NCBI GenBank assembly: GCA_039808765.1
Contig: JBDHTQ010000004.1
Location: 74,287 to 138,286, forward strand
Source of the DNA: Bdellovibrionales bacterium
GTDB lineage: Bacteria > Pseudomonadota > Alphaproteobacteria > UBA2400
Direction of reading: 5' to 3'
DNA: 64,000 nucleotides
Shown here: one piece after another, positions 1-9,797 of the stretch
Position numbering within the stretch: position 1 is the stretch's first letter
Layout: each line of letters starts with the position of its first letter
Position numbers and translations under genes: made by a program
Notes under the pieces: generated by a model
The model's database searches: none
Told to the model about the DNA's origin: nothing
The model's input: the letters and a program-made list of their open reading frames with translations, nothing else

Positions 1-19
1 TCCTTTCTAAGAAATTTCA

Positions 20-805
20 TTAACCGAGTTGAGATAATGAACCCATCATTTCGTCGGATGTTTTGATCACGCGTGAGTTCATTTCATAGGCACGCTGTGC
101 GGTAATAAGGCTGGTAATTTCTGAGACAACATTCACGTTCGATTGTTCAATGGAACCTTGTTCGATGGTGCCCAATCCATCCACGCCGGGGATACCGGTA
201 ACGGGCGCACCGGATGCCGGTGTTTCGCGATAAAGGTTGTTGCCGAGGCTTTCGAGGCCGGCTTCATTGGGAAAATCAGCGAGCTCGATTTGGCCGACGG
301 TTTGCGGATCGGTCTGTCCGTCAATCTTTGCTTGCACCTGTCCACTGGCATCAATGGTAATATCGGTTGTGCCTTGAGGAATGGTAAGACCCGGCAACAG
401 CGTATAGCCATCAGACGTAACAATCTGCCCATCGGCATTAAGCTGAAAGCTGCCAGCGCGCGTATAGCTGGTGGTGCCATCAGGCATCTCAATTTGAAAG
501 AAGCCTTTTCCATTGATTGCCAAGTCCAGTTCGTTGCCGGTGATGACGATACTGCCTTGGGTATGAATGCGATAAACCGCTGCCGTCTTAACCCCGGCAC
601 CAATTTGAATGCCTGTTGGCACGATTGTTCCCGCGTCAGAAGATTGGGAGCCGGGCCTGCGGATATTCTGGTAAAGCAGATCCTGAAATTCAGCACGCTG
701 TTGCTTAAATCCAGACGTGGTCATGTTGGCGATGTTGTTGGAAATAACTTCAACATTGGTTTGTTGTGCAAGCATTCCAGTTGCGCCGATGCTTAAACTT
801 CTCAT
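20..805 (-). CDS. flgG: Flagellar basal-body rod protein FlgG
   Basis: 261 aa. N-terminus MRSLSIGATGMLAQQTNVEVISNNIANMTTSGFK and the C-terminal QSNVNVVSEITSLITAQRAYEMNSRVI are the conserved rod-protein termini. The length matches FlgG. Confidence 0.85.
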   Translation of the reverse strand: MRSLSIGATGMLAQQTNVEVISNNIANMTTSGFKQQRAEFQDLLYQNIRRPGSQSSDAGTIVPTGIQIGAGVKTAAVYRIHTQGSIVITGNELDLAINGKGFFQIEMPDGTTSYTRAGSFQLNADGQIVTSDGYTLLPGLTIPQGTTDITIDASGQVQAKIDGQTDPQTVGQIELADFPNEAGLESLGNNLYRETPASGAPVTGIPGVDGLGTIEQGSIEQSNVNVVSEITSLITAQRAYEMNSRVIKTSDEMMGSLSQLG

Positions 806-830
806 AATGAAATCCCTCCTCTAATACTGG

Positions 831-1565
831 CTAAGCCGAAATTTTTGACAATTTGCTGTAGGCGTTACGAAGTAGATCGTGCTCATTTTTCATGATGCGC
901 TGCACGTTTTCGTATTGACGGGAAACGGCAATCATGTTGGTCATTTCTGTAACGGATTGCACATTTGATTGCTCTAAAAATCCTTGCTGAATTTTTGTAT
1001 CTTCAACTGCTTTTGGTTTTTCTTCGCTCAACAAGAGACCGTTTCCAAGGGGGCGCATGCGCTGCTCATTGGGAAACGTATAAACACCCAGTTTGCCTAA
1101 ACTTACTTGGTCGGCAAACACACTGCCATCCGGGGAAACCGTAATCTCGCGCGTGCCCACCGGGATGTTGATCCGGTTACCTGTATCATCCAGAACCGGC
1201 AGGCCGGACGATGTGGTGAGTTCACGCTGATCATTTTGCGTGAACGACCCATTGCGCGTATAGCGTTTGCCATCCAGCGTATCGACTTCAAAGTAACCGT
1301 CACCATTCAGGGCCAAATCCAGAGGATTGCCTGTTTGTATCAGTGCACCGGGCGTCATGTTGCGTGCGGTGCCTTGATCAAGCACCATGCTGTAATTGTT
1401 CAGCGGATCCGAAAATTTTTCCGGCTTCATCATGTATTCAACGAAGAGGGGGGACTCTCCCTTAAAAGCCGTGGTGTTGACGTTGGCAATATTATTGGAC
1501 ACAACAGCCATCTGCCGTTCCAATGCCGCCGCGCGTGATAAGACAATAAGCGATGTGTTTTCCAT
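831..1565 (-). CDS. flgF: Flagellar basal-body rod protein FlgF. The start is trimmed to the Met of MENTSLIVLS; the listed ORF extends to 1721.
   Basis: N-terminal ...ALERQMAVVSNNIANVNTTAFK and the C-terminal EQSNVQSVTEMTNMIAVSRQYE rod-family motifs are present. It lies immediately upstream of flgG on the same strand. Confidence 0.7.
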   Translation of the reverse strand: MENTSLIVLSRAAALERQMAVVSNNIANVNTTAFKGESPLFVEYMMKPEKFSDPLNNYSMVLDQGTARNMTPGALIQTGNPLDLALNGDGYFEVDTLDGKRYTRNGSFTQNDQRELTTSSGLPVLDDTGNRINIPVGTREITVSPDGSVFADQVSLGKLGVYTFPNEQRMRPLGNGLLLSEEKPKAVEDTKIQQGFLEQSNVQSVTEMTNMIAVSRQYENVQRIMKNEHDLLRNAYSKLSKISA

Positions 1566-1810
1566 ATTTTTACTCCCAACCGCTGGGGACTCGATTTTTT
1601 TGTAAGAGCTCACCCATCTAAATTGCCTAATGCATCTCTCATGCCAGAATAAACTTATGTTGTTTTTCAGTAACTTAATCTGGTTGCTTGCGGGTAAGCG
1701 GCAAAACTTTCCGACAATCACTTGTCGGTTAAGCCTTTTTTGTGGTTAATAGAGATTAAAAGGCGGATCGTTCGTTCTAAAACAGGCAGTTCTAAAAAAC
1801 GGGGTAAAAC

Positions 1811-2398
1811 ATGGCCGGGCATTCAGAAAGCGAATCGAAATCGGAAGAAGGTGGCGAGGGCGTCGAAGTGCCTAAAAAGAAGGTTGCAGGCAAAAAAATC
1901 ATTCTGATTGTTGTTGCGCTATTGATTTTAGTGGGAGCCGCTGTGGCGGGTCTCTACTTTACAGGCAAACTGGGCGGGCATAGCGAAGAAACCGCTGTAG
2001 AGGGCGAAGCTCACGGCGAGAAAAAGGCCGAGCATGGCGCTAAAGAAGGCGAACACGGGGATAAAAAAGGCGAAGCCGAAGGAAACGGGTTACCGGTTTT
2101 TTATGATGTGCCGCAGATCTTGGTGAATTTGCAATCTGATCGTAAACGTTCGACATTCTTGCGGCTCAAGGTCAGTTTACAACTTAATAGTGAAGCAGAC
2201 AAAGATGCCGTAGCGGCGGTCTTGCCGCGCGTAGTGGATAGTTTTCAAATGTATTTGCGTGAATTAACACGTGATGAAATGCAAGGCACCGCTGGGTTGG
2301 AGCGCCTGCGAGAAGAGTTGCGTTTGCGTGTGAGTGCTGCCATTGCACCGATCGAAATCAAAGACGTTCTTTTTACGGAAATGATCTTTGGGGATTAG
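1811..2398 (+). CDS. fliL: Flagellar basal body-associated protein FliL
   Basis: 195 aa with a single N-terminal TM segment (IILIVVALLILVGAAVAGL). The C-terminal VFYDVPQILVNLQ...TFLRLKVSLQL...AVLPRVVDSFQMYLRELT pattern is typical of the FliL family. It sits directly upstream of fliM. Confidence 0.75.
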   Translation: MAGHSESESKSEEGGEGVEVPKKKVAGKKIILIVVALLILVGAAVAGLYFTGKLGGHSEETAVEGEAHGEKKAEHGAKEGEHGDKKGEAEGNGLPVFYDVPQILVNLQSDRKRSTFLRLKVSLQLNSEADKDAVAAVLPRVVDSFQMYLRELTRDEMQGTAGLERLREELRLRVSAAIAPIEIKDVLFTEMIFGD

Positions 2399-2461
2399 GC
2401 ATGCGGCTTGCATGTGCTATGTGTGGTATTGAACACCTTGATGTGAAAGTGAAGCGCCAGC

Positions 2462-3532
2462 ATGAGTGATCCTTTTGAAGGGATGAGCGAAGAAGAGCGG
2501 ATGGCGGCAGAATGGGCCGCGGCCTCGGATGATGGCGGCGAAGAAGCCGGTGGGACCGCGCGTGTTCTTAATCAAGATGAAATCGATAGCCTTCTCGGTT
2601 TTGACGGTGATAAAGATAGTTCCGGCCAGTCGGGTATTATGGCGCTCATCAACAGCGCCATGGTTAACTATGAGCGCCTGCCTATGTTGGAGGTGGTGTT
2701 TGATCGGCTTGTGCGCGTGATGTCGACAAGCTTGCGCAACTTTACTTCTGATAACGTGGATGTGAGTATCGACAACATTACGTCCGTGCGTTTTGGCGAT
2801 TACCTCAATTCCATACCTTTGCCCGCAATGTTGGCGGTCTTTAAGGCAGAAGAATGGGACAACTATGGACTAATGGTGATTGATAGCGCCATGATTTATT
2901 CCATTGTTGACGTTCTTCTTGGTGGGCGGCGCGGTACTGCTGCCATGCGTATTGAGGGGCGGCCCTACACCACGATTGAGCGCAGCTTGGTTGAGCGTAT
3001 GGTGCATGTGATTATGGCAGACCTTTCATCGGCATTTGATCCTCTTTCACCCGTTACATTCCGATATGATCGGTTAGAGACTAACCCGCGTTTTGTTGCG
3101 CTGACCCGTCCGTCGAATGCGGCGGTTTTGGTTCGCTTGCGCGTCGATATGGAAGATCGTGGCGGTCGGGTGGAAATTGTTTTGCCTTACGCAACGCTTG
3201 AGCCCGTTCGTGAGCTGCTGCTGCAGATGTTCATGGGAGAAAAATTCGGTCGTGACTCAATCTGGGAAACCCACTTGGGTAATGAGCTGTTTGGGACAGA
3301 TATTGATATTACTGCCGTACTCTCTGAAACCACAGTCGAGTTAAACGATGTGCTGCATTGGAAACCTGGGTCGCAAGTTTTTTTCAACATGAAGAAAACC
3401 GATCTGGTTGAGTTGCGCTGTGGGGAAGTATCGCTTTTTTATGGACGAATGGGGCAGGCTGGTGGGCACATTGCGATCTGTCTTGAAAAAGAAGCGCCCA
3501 AGATGCGCACCACCGATGAGGAAGATGGCTAA
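2462..3532 (+). CDS. fliM: Flagellar motor switch protein FliM
   Basis: 356 aa. The N-terminal CheY-binding peptide LNQDEIDSLLGF is present. The middle domain is CheC-like and the C-terminus is a FliN-like SpoA region (VELRCGEVSLFYGRMGQ). Confidence 0.85.
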   Translation: MSDPFEGMSEEERMAAEWAAASDDGGEEAGGTARVLNQDEIDSLLGFDGDKDSSGQSGIMALINSAMVNYERLPMLEVVFDRLVRVMSTSLRNFTSDNVDVSIDNITSVRFGDYLNSIPLPAMLAVFKAEEWDNYGLMVIDSAMIYSIVDVLLGGRRGTAAMRIEGRPYTTIERSLVERMVHVIMADLSSAFDPLSPVTFRYDRLETNPRFVALTRPSNAAVLVRLRVDMEDRGGRVEIVLPYATLEPVRELLLQMFMGEKFGRDSIWETHLGNELFGTDIDITAVLSETTVELNDVLHWKPGSQVFFNMKKTDLVELRCGEVSLFYGRMGQAGGHIAICLEKEAPKMRTTDEEDG

Positions 3533-3990
3533 TGAATCCTATTATCATAATTTTATTAGATGTGCTTATGCTTGTATTGTTAATGGGAACAATTGTTTCG
3601 GCGTGGCGCCTTCAATCCCGTTTTAAGGTGCTCAAGGATGTTCACAAGGATTTTGAAAAACTGATGCTTCAGTTTGATGAATCGACCAGACGCGCTGATC
3701 AGGGTATAAAAACACTCCACCGTACTGCCGAGCAAGCCGGGAGTGTCTTACAGACGCAAATAGATCGTGCACAATCTTTGTATGATGACCTGTCTACGAT
3801 GGCGGGTGCAGCAGAAAATGTGGCTCGTCGTCTTGATCAGGCATCTGCATCGCTGTCGCAGCAGCGTTCATCGTCCGCACAGTCTGCTGCCGTATCTCGC
3901 GCTGAGTCGGCGGCAGCAGAACCCATTCCACCCGATCCGCGTTCGCGCGCCGAGCGTGAGTTGCTTCAAGCCCTCAACAAGAAAGAGTAA
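3532..3990 (+). CDS. Hypothetical membrane-anchored coiled-coil protein in the flagellar operon
   Basis: 152 aa with an N-terminal TM segment (IIIILLDVLMLVLLMGTIVSA) followed by a Q/A/S-rich helical region. It overlaps the fliM stop (ATGA-type coupling). No family was recognised. Confidence 0.35.
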   Translation: MNPIIIILLDVLMLVLLMGTIVSAWRLQSRFKVLKDVHKDFEKLMLQFDESTRRADQGIKTLHRTAEQAGSVLQTQIDRAQSLYDDLSTMAGAAENVARRLDQASASLSQQRSSSAQSAAVSRAESAAAEPIPPDPRSRAERELLQALNKKE

Positions 3991-3997
3991 GGGAAAA

Positions 3998-4795
3998 ATG
4001 ACCTTGCCACCCCCTTCACGCTTTATTCCTGCGGTTTTGCTGTTGTCGTTTGTATTGGTTGGGGTTAATGGCTTTGATTTGTGGCATGCTTGGCAAAACC
4101 ATTCTTTATCGATGCACTATGGACAGCCTGCACAGGCAGAAACAGCGCCTTCAAACGTTAGCGCTCCCGCCCCAGAAGCGGCGCATGCCAATAGCGCTAC
4201 CGCCAGTATCACACCTACGGGTACGACATCCGCTAGCGCGATGCAATCAGCGGATCACGCAGGCGAAGCAGCAACATCTTCAACAACACCATCGTCAGCG
4301 CCTGCCGCATCTGATACGCAATCAGCGGGTCACAAGAGCGCTCATGACGAAGCCGATGATGCACCTTATCCGCGTACTTTTACACCATCTGAAATTAATG
4401 TGCTGCAAAACCTCTCCAGGCGTCGTGATGAGCTCGATCAACGTGAACAAGCGTTGGATCGGCGTGAAGCCCTGATTACGGCCACTGAACAGCAGGTAGA
4501 CAACAAAGTCAAAGAACTGCAGACCATGAAAGATGATTTACAATCATTATTGAAGCAAGTCGATGATCAACAAAACCAGCGTATCCTTAGTCTAGTCAAA
4601 ATTTATGAGACGATGAAGCCGCGTGAAGCCGCCGCTATCATCGAAACGTTGGATATGACTGTGGCCCTGAGCGTTTTGGAGGAGATGAAAGAAGCGAAAA
4701 GCGCTCCCATTCTCGCATCAATGTCGCCACAAAAAGCAAGTGAAATTACTGTGGCAATGTCGCAACGCAAATCGCTCCCCACCGTGACCCCATAA
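3998..4795 (+). CDS. MotE-like flagellar protein with a signal-anchor N-terminus, a low-complexity linker and a C-terminal MgtE-N/FliG-like helical domain
   Basis: Start chosen at MTLPPPSRFIPAVLLLSFVLVG (a signal-like hydrophobic stretch). The C-terminus LVKIYETMKPREAAAIIETLDMTVALSVLEEMKEAKSAPILASMSPQKASEIT resembles MgtE-N/MotE-type helical repeats, and the gene sits in a flagellar operon. Confidence 0.45.
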   Translation: MTLPPPSRFIPAVLLLSFVLVGVNGFDLWHAWQNHSLSMHYGQPAQAETAPSNVSAPAPEAAHANSATASITPTGTTSASAMQSADHAGEAATSSTTPSSAPAASDTQSAGHKSAHDEADDAPYPRTFTPSEINVLQNLSRRRDELDQREQALDRREALITATEQQVDNKVKELQTMKDDLQSLLKQVDDQQNQRILSLVKIYETMKPREAAAIIETLDMTVALSVLEEMKEAKSAPILASMSPQKASEITVAMSQRKSLPTVTP

Positions 4796-5030
4796 TCCCT
4801 TGCTGCTGTTATTTTGTGCAAAATTGCTTTAAAACGCGATAATAGCGTGCGCAGATATGTAAAATGTTTGGCCATTGAATAAATAAAACAATGAAAATCC
4901 GTGTAAACAAGGGCATCGCTTTTAAAATTAACGATTTAACAACAACCCTGCTTCATAACTTTATGATAGGTTATCTGGATAAAGGCAAAAACGTCTTTGT
5001 CCTCCTCAGGTTTCGTGAAGAGAGGGTCAT

Positions 5031-5432
5031 ATGTCCGTCGATAAAAAAATGCCCGTTCTGGTTGTGGATGATTTTCCTACGATGCGCAAAATCATTCGCA
5101 ATCTTCTTGAGCAATTGGGCTTCAACAATATTACCGAAGCCGAAAATGGCGCAGATGCGTTACGCAAAATGCGTGATGCGGGGGCGCGGCAACATTTCGG
5201 ACTGATTATTTCTGACTGGAATATGGAGCCGATGACAGGTTTGCAATTGTTGCAAGAAGTTCGCGCTGATACCCATCTTAAAGGAACGCCTTTTATTATG
5301 GTTACGGCTGAGTCGAAAAAAGAAAATATTATCGCGGCAAAAGAGGCAGGCGTAAACAACTATATTGTCAAGCCATTTAACGCGATTACCTTGAAGAGCA
5401 AGCTTGAAGCCGTACTTGGGCCAATTGACTAA
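5031..5432 (+). CDS. cheY: Chemotaxis response regulator CheY (single REC domain)
   Basis: 133 aa, REC domain only. Conserved features: VLVVDDFPTMR, the phospho-acceptor context LIISDWNMEPMTG, and the K-box IVKPF. A GAGAGGG RBS precedes the start. Confidence 0.8.
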   Translation: MSVDKKMPVLVVDDFPTMRKIIRNLLEQLGFNNITEAENGADALRKMRDAGARQHFGLIISDWNMEPMTGLQLLQEVRADTHLKGTPFIMVTAESKKENIIAAKEAGVNNYIVKPFNAITLKSKLEAVLGPID

Positions 5433-5484
5433 GGATCGCCCTAAATCTGGGAATATTTATGCGAACAGTGAAAGGAGAGGGCGA

Positions 5485-6075
5485 ATGAGTCAGCCGCAAC
5501 AAAAAGATGTAAACGGAAAAATGCTTACACGTGAAGAGGTGACGTCAGCCATCACGACCTTGATGGAAAAAGTGACAACTCAAACTGCTGAAGCACAAGA
5601 AAAAGTAGTGCATGATCTCTTTGATCTCGCCGCGCAGATTGACAAGCTTTACAGTGAATTGGCCTCGATGCAGCCGCGTACACTGAAAGACGGTGAAATT
5701 CAGTCGGCGCATGACGAATTGATGGCGGTTGTGAAGGCGACACAAGAAGCGACTTTCTCCATCATTCATGAGGCTGAGGCGCTGGAAAAGCTCTCCAAAA
5801 ATTTACCGCCCGAAGCCGCAAAAGAAGTGGTTCAAAGCGTGACGCGAATTTACGAAGCGTGCGGCTTTCAAGACATTACCGGTCAGCGCATTACCAAAGT
5901 GGTCAAAACACTTAAATTCATTGAAGACCGTTTGGATGTGTTGATTCAAAATCTTGGGGTGCAATTGGGAGATGGCGATGATGTTGCGCAAGGTGAGTCC
6001 GCGTTGCTCAATGGGCCTGCTTTGCCGGGTCAAGCCATTTCACAAGATGAAATTGACAAGCTTTTGGGATTCTAG
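5485..6075 (+). CDS. cheZ: CheZ-like CheY-P phosphatase (start trimmed to MSQPQQ, which has an AAAGGAGAGG RBS)
   Basis: Contains a QDITGQRITKV segment (CheZ active-site helix, D..Q). The C-terminus ISQDEIDKLLGF mimics the CheY-binding peptide found at the FliM N-terminus and the E. coli CheZ C-terminus. It lies immediately downstream of cheY. Confidence 0.55.
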   Translation: MSQPQQKDVNGKMLTREEVTSAITTLMEKVTTQTAEAQEKVVHDLFDLAAQIDKLYSELASMQPRTLKDGEIQSAHDELMAVVKATQEATFSIIHEAEALEKLSKNLPPEAAKEVVQSVTRIYEACGFQDITGQRITKVVKTLKFIEDRLDVLIQNLGVQLGDGDDVAQGESALLNGPALPGQAISQDEIDKLLGF

Positions 6076-6106
6076 TGAGGCGTGTTTTCGGACACGAGAT
6101 TAAACT

Positions 6107-6994
6107 TTGGCACGTATCGCATTTATTGGTTTAGGGCAAATGGGCCTTCCTATGGCGACCAACCTTGTGATGGTGGGGCATCATGTGGTGGGGCATGATT
6201 TGCGTGCTTTACAAATGAGTCGTTTGCAAAATGCTGGTGGCTATGTGGCTGAATCAGCAGCTGAAGCAATTAAAGACGCTAATTTTGTCATTACCTGTCT
6301 TCCTGATTTGACAGCTCTGCGCAGTTTATGGATTCAAGATCCAGACGTGCCGAAAACCGTCAACAAAGGCACGATTATTATTGATTGCTCGGCAATCGGT
6401 GTTGACGAAGCGCGCACAATTGCCAGCTATTTAGAAGCCTCGGATCTTTCTGCATTGGATGCAGCGCCGATTGGTGACCCGCGCGATGCCCGTGCCCGCA
6501 TGTTGACCTTTGCGGTGGGTGGGGGGCTTGCGGCTTTTGCTGAAGCTAAGAGTATTTTGGAAGATATGGGCGAGCGTGTTATTCATGTTGGCAAGGCGGG
6601 GATGGGGATTACCACGGCTTTGTGTGTTCAGCTCATGTCGGTGATTAATTTGGTGGGGGTTGCCGAATCTTTTGCTCTGGCTGAACGTATGGGGCTGGGC
6701 GTCGAAAAACTTTTTGAGGTAGCAGCGTTATCGCCTGGTGCATCGTGGGCCTTGGCTGAACGTTGCCCGCAATCGGGGTTAGTACCCCATGCACCAAGTA
6801 ATAATCTTTACGAAGAAGGTTTAGCTGCTGCTCAAATTCTAAAGCAGCTACGCCAGCTGGACCATTCAATTCAAAAGGTTGAAGCGCGGGCACACTTGAC
6901 GCAAGGGGCATTAGCTTTATATAGCGAGTTTTGTCTAACCAAGGACCCCCAGCTTGATTTTTCTGCCATAATTCAGCTCTTGCGTCGGCGTTAG
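6107..6994 (+). CDS. NAD(P)-binding beta-hydroxyacid dehydrogenase family protein (3-hydroxyisobutyrate / 6-phosphogluconate dehydrogenase-like)
   Basis: The N-terminal Rossmann motif IAFIGLGQMGLPMATNL is typical of HIBADH-family enzymes. Length 295 aa; apparent TTG start. Confidence 0.6.
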   Translation: MARIAFIGLGQMGLPMATNLVMVGHHVVGHDLRALQMSRLQNAGGYVAESAAEAIKDANFVITCLPDLTALRSLWIQDPDVPKTVNKGTIIIDCSAIGVDEARTIASYLEASDLSALDAAPIGDPRDARARMLTFAVGGGLAAFAEAKSILEDMGERVIHVGKAGMGITTALCVQLMSVINLVGVAESFALAERMGLGVEKLFEVAALSPGASWALAERCPQSGLVPHAPSNNLYEEGLAAAQILKQLRQLDHSIQKVEARAHLTQGALALYSEFCLTKDPQLDFSAIIQLLRRR

Positions 6995-7130
6995 CGCCTG
7001 ATCTTAATAGATGTTAAGGGGTTGTCATGTATGATAGGCTCAGCTATCAATGGTTATTGATAAGCATCACACATGAAGGGGGGCCATTTTACGGCCTGTC
7101 TCTGGCATAAATTATGTAGAGGTTAAGCAC

Positions 7131-7592
7131 ATGAAGTCGCCTTATTTTGATACTGTTGGTTTAATTGAACGTTTGCACCGTACATTTATGGAAGCATTAC
7201 AAAACGCCCTTAATTCGCGTGGTATTTTGGATATTAGTAACGTTCAGGCGATGATCCTTTATAATATTGGTAATGATGAGATGACAGTGGGTGAGTTGAC
7301 GGCGCGTGGCTATTACCATGGTACCAATGTTTCTTATAATTTGGAACAAATGGTAACTGCAGGTTATTTGGAAAGAGAGCGTTCTACCCATGATCGTCGT
7401 TCGGTGCGGGTGCGCTTAACCGATAAGGGGCTGAAACTGCGGGATACTTTGGCAGAAGTTTTTGAAAAACAGGTCTCAAATCTTGGCCGCGCGTATCTTG
7501 AAGAATCGGCGCTGGCTGGTATTAATGAAACACTGAAACGGCTTGAGCGTTTCTGGCTCAATGCCTCGCAGTACGACAAATTTCCGATTTAG
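7131..7592 (+). CDS. MarR-family winged-helix transcriptional regulator
   Basis: 153 aa. An HTH/wing pattern (MTVGELTAR...VSYNLEQMVTAGYLERERSTHDRRSVRVRLTDKG) is typical of MarR. Confidence 0.6.
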   Translation: MKSPYFDTVGLIERLHRTFMEALQNALNSRGILDISNVQAMILYNIGNDEMTVGELTARGYYHGTNVSYNLEQMVTAGYLERERSTHDRRSVRVRLTDKGLKLRDTLAEVFEKQVSNLGRAYLEESALAGINETLKRLERFWLNASQYDKFPI

Positions 7593-7791
7593 TCTTTTTG
7601 CTTTCTTCTTAGCGTTTCCATTTTCTTGGTGTGGTCATGTTGTGGCTTTTTAAGCGGACAAATGATCGCGTTCGGACATATTGAACTTTATTGTCTTTCA
7701 AGCTGTTTAAGTAAGGATTAAGCATGTAGCGATATTGTTCTCCCAGAGGTGCTGCATTCGTGCGCCAAGAATGGGAATGAGAGGGTGAAAG

Positions 7792-9486
7792 ATGAATCGT
7801 TTAAGCGCAACCTGTGCTGCTGGTTTGTTTTCTTTGGTTTTGGTTGCCGGGATAACAATTCAGCCGGTTTATTCGTATGCTGAATCAGCGATACAAACAG
7901 CCTTGGTTTCACCGAGTGTGCAAGTTGGTGATGCGATTCTTGATCGTGCAGCGCTTCAGGCTGTTTACGGCACCCGTAACTATGAACCTCTGTGGATTGA
8001 AAAGGGAAAGATACGCGATCGCGCAAAGACAATTATTGCGGTACTAACCAATGCGCGCGTGCATGGGTTAAATACAGAAGATTATAATTTATCGCTAATT
8101 CTTAGGCGTGTAGATCAAAAACAATCAACAGCAGATCTCGTGGTGCTTGATCTATTGCTGACCGACGGCTTGATGCGTTATGCCAGTGATGTGCGGGGCG
8201 GGCGAGTTAATCCGCGCCAACTCGCGGGTGAGAAATACATTCGTCAGCAGATCATTGATCCGGTTGAAATTGTTTTGCAAGCGGCAGAAGCACCTGATTT
8301 AGAAGGTTTTTTGGCGCAGCTACCACCCCATACGGCACTTTATCAATCTCAGCTCAAGGCACTTGAAGCGTTGCGTGCCATGCCCGATTGGGTGCCTATC
8401 GCTACGGGTCCTAAACTGCAAAAGGGACAAACATCGTCACGCGTGGAAACATTGCGCCAGCGGTTGTTCGCCACTGGCGAGCTTATGGATGCAGACGTGA
8501 CTGGCACGACGTATGACCAAAAGCTTTTTGACGCTGTGAAAGCCTATCAAATCCGTAATGGATTGGATGCTGACGGTGTGATTGGCGCGAGCACATTGAC
8601 AATGCTCAATATTCCGCGTTCAGAGCGCATTGATCAGGTTATTGCCAATATGGAGCGCCAACGCTGGTTGCCGCAAAGTTTGGGGGGCCGCCACGTTTTG
8701 GTCAATGTGCCTGCGTATGAACTTTTTGCGGTTACAAATAATAATGTCGATTTGCACATGAAGACGATTGTTGGTCGCCCTGATCGTCCAACGCCATTGT
8801 TTGCTGATCTGATTCGCTACGTCGAGTTTAATCCGACGTGGGGTGTTCCTCCGACGATTGCTAAAAAAGATGTGCTCCCCCATCTAAGACAGGATCCCGG
8901 TTATGCGCTTGAGCACAAAAATGTGCGTATTTATCGCGATGGAGTGGAAATTGATCCTTATTCAGTCGATTGGAATGCAGCCAACATTGGGCGCTACACT
9001 CTGCGTGCGCCCCCTGGTCCGCGCAATCCTTTGGGACAGGTCAAGTTTCTTTTCCCTAACCGTTTTGATGTTTATCTCCATGATACGTCAGAGCGCAATA
9101 AATTTGCTTTAACCGAGCGTGACTTAAGCTCGGGGTGTGTTCGTGTAAATGATCCGGCGGCCCTGTCCAATTGGCTGCTCAGCGATAAGGATGGTTGGAG
9201 TGATGAAAAGCGTGTCAGTATTCTGAAAAGCGAAAGACAGACCCGCCTTTCAATGAATAAGCCTGTGCCGGTATGGTTAACCTACACAACTGCGTGGATG
9301 GATGGTGATGGCCATCCTGTCTTCCGACCGGATATCTACAGTTATGACGATGACTTGGTTCACGCCATTGAAGCCACAACTCAGCGCAAGCGTTGGTTGG
9401 TAGTATCGATGGTTCGGGCTGAAAACGACGAGGCTCCGGTTGATACGCTTGCTGATGATAAAGAGGTTCCGCAAGCAGCTCCATAG
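7792..9486 (+). CDS. L,D-transpeptidase (YkuD/ErfK family) with a peptidoglycan-binding domain
   Basis: Signal peptide present. A PG_binding_1-like segment (VKAYQIRNGLDADGVIGASTL) is followed by a YkuD catalytic domain with the HDTSERNKF...SSGCVRVND His/Cys motif. This is a YcbB-like architecture. Confidence 0.7.
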   Translation: MNRLSATCAAGLFSLVLVAGITIQPVYSYAESAIQTALVSPSVQVGDAILDRAALQAVYGTRNYEPLWIEKGKIRDRAKTIIAVLTNARVHGLNTEDYNLSLILRRVDQKQSTADLVVLDLLLTDGLMRYASDVRGGRVNPRQLAGEKYIRQQIIDPVEIVLQAAEAPDLEGFLAQLPPHTALYQSQLKALEALRAMPDWVPIATGPKLQKGQTSSRVETLRQRLFATGELMDADVTGTTYDQKLFDAVKAYQIRNGLDADGVIGASTLTMLNIPRSERIDQVIANMERQRWLPQSLGGRHVLVNVPAYELFAVTNNNVDLHMKTIVGRPDRPTPLFADLIRYVEFNPTWGVPPTIAKKDVLPHLRQDPGYALEHKNVRIYRDGVEIDPYSVDWNAANIGRYTLRAPPGPRNPLGQVKFLFPNRFDVYLHDTSERNKFALTERDLSSGCVRVNDPAALSNWLLSDKDGWSDEKRVSILKSERQTRLSMNKPVPVWLTYTTAWMDGDGHPVFRPDIYSYDDDLVHAIEATTQRKRWLVVSMVRAENDEAPVDTLADDKEVPQAAP

Positions 9487-9797
9487 CCTTTCGTCAAGTT
9501 CTTTATTTTAACCCCCTCTTTTGCACAAAAAATCTATCTGTACCAAAGAGTTATCCTTTTTTGTTAAAGGAGACTCTACTGGTACAGATTTTTTTTAATT
9601 GAGTAATAAGAAAAACACTCGTACAAGAAGGGCGTGCCGCGATCTGAAAGAATGGCATCTGTAAAGAAAATCAAAGTCGGGCAAAGACTGTAAAGGACAT
9701 GATGAAGTATTCCAATCCTTACCAACTTTGCGCGTTGTCTTTAGCGGAGTAAATGAATGCTTCCGCTCTCCTTCAAGAGGACTATACAGGAACACTC

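Noticed and set aside
133-796. ORFs of 187 aa (minus strand) and 217 aa (plus strand) lying entirely inside flgG
   Set aside because: They are antisense or alternate-frame to a well-supported FlgG reading frame, have no motifs, and show the composition typical of shadow ORFs. The same reasoning applies to the many other listed ORFs that sit inside or antisense to fliM, fliI, clpA, mrdA, the VirB4-like gene and the radical SAM genes.
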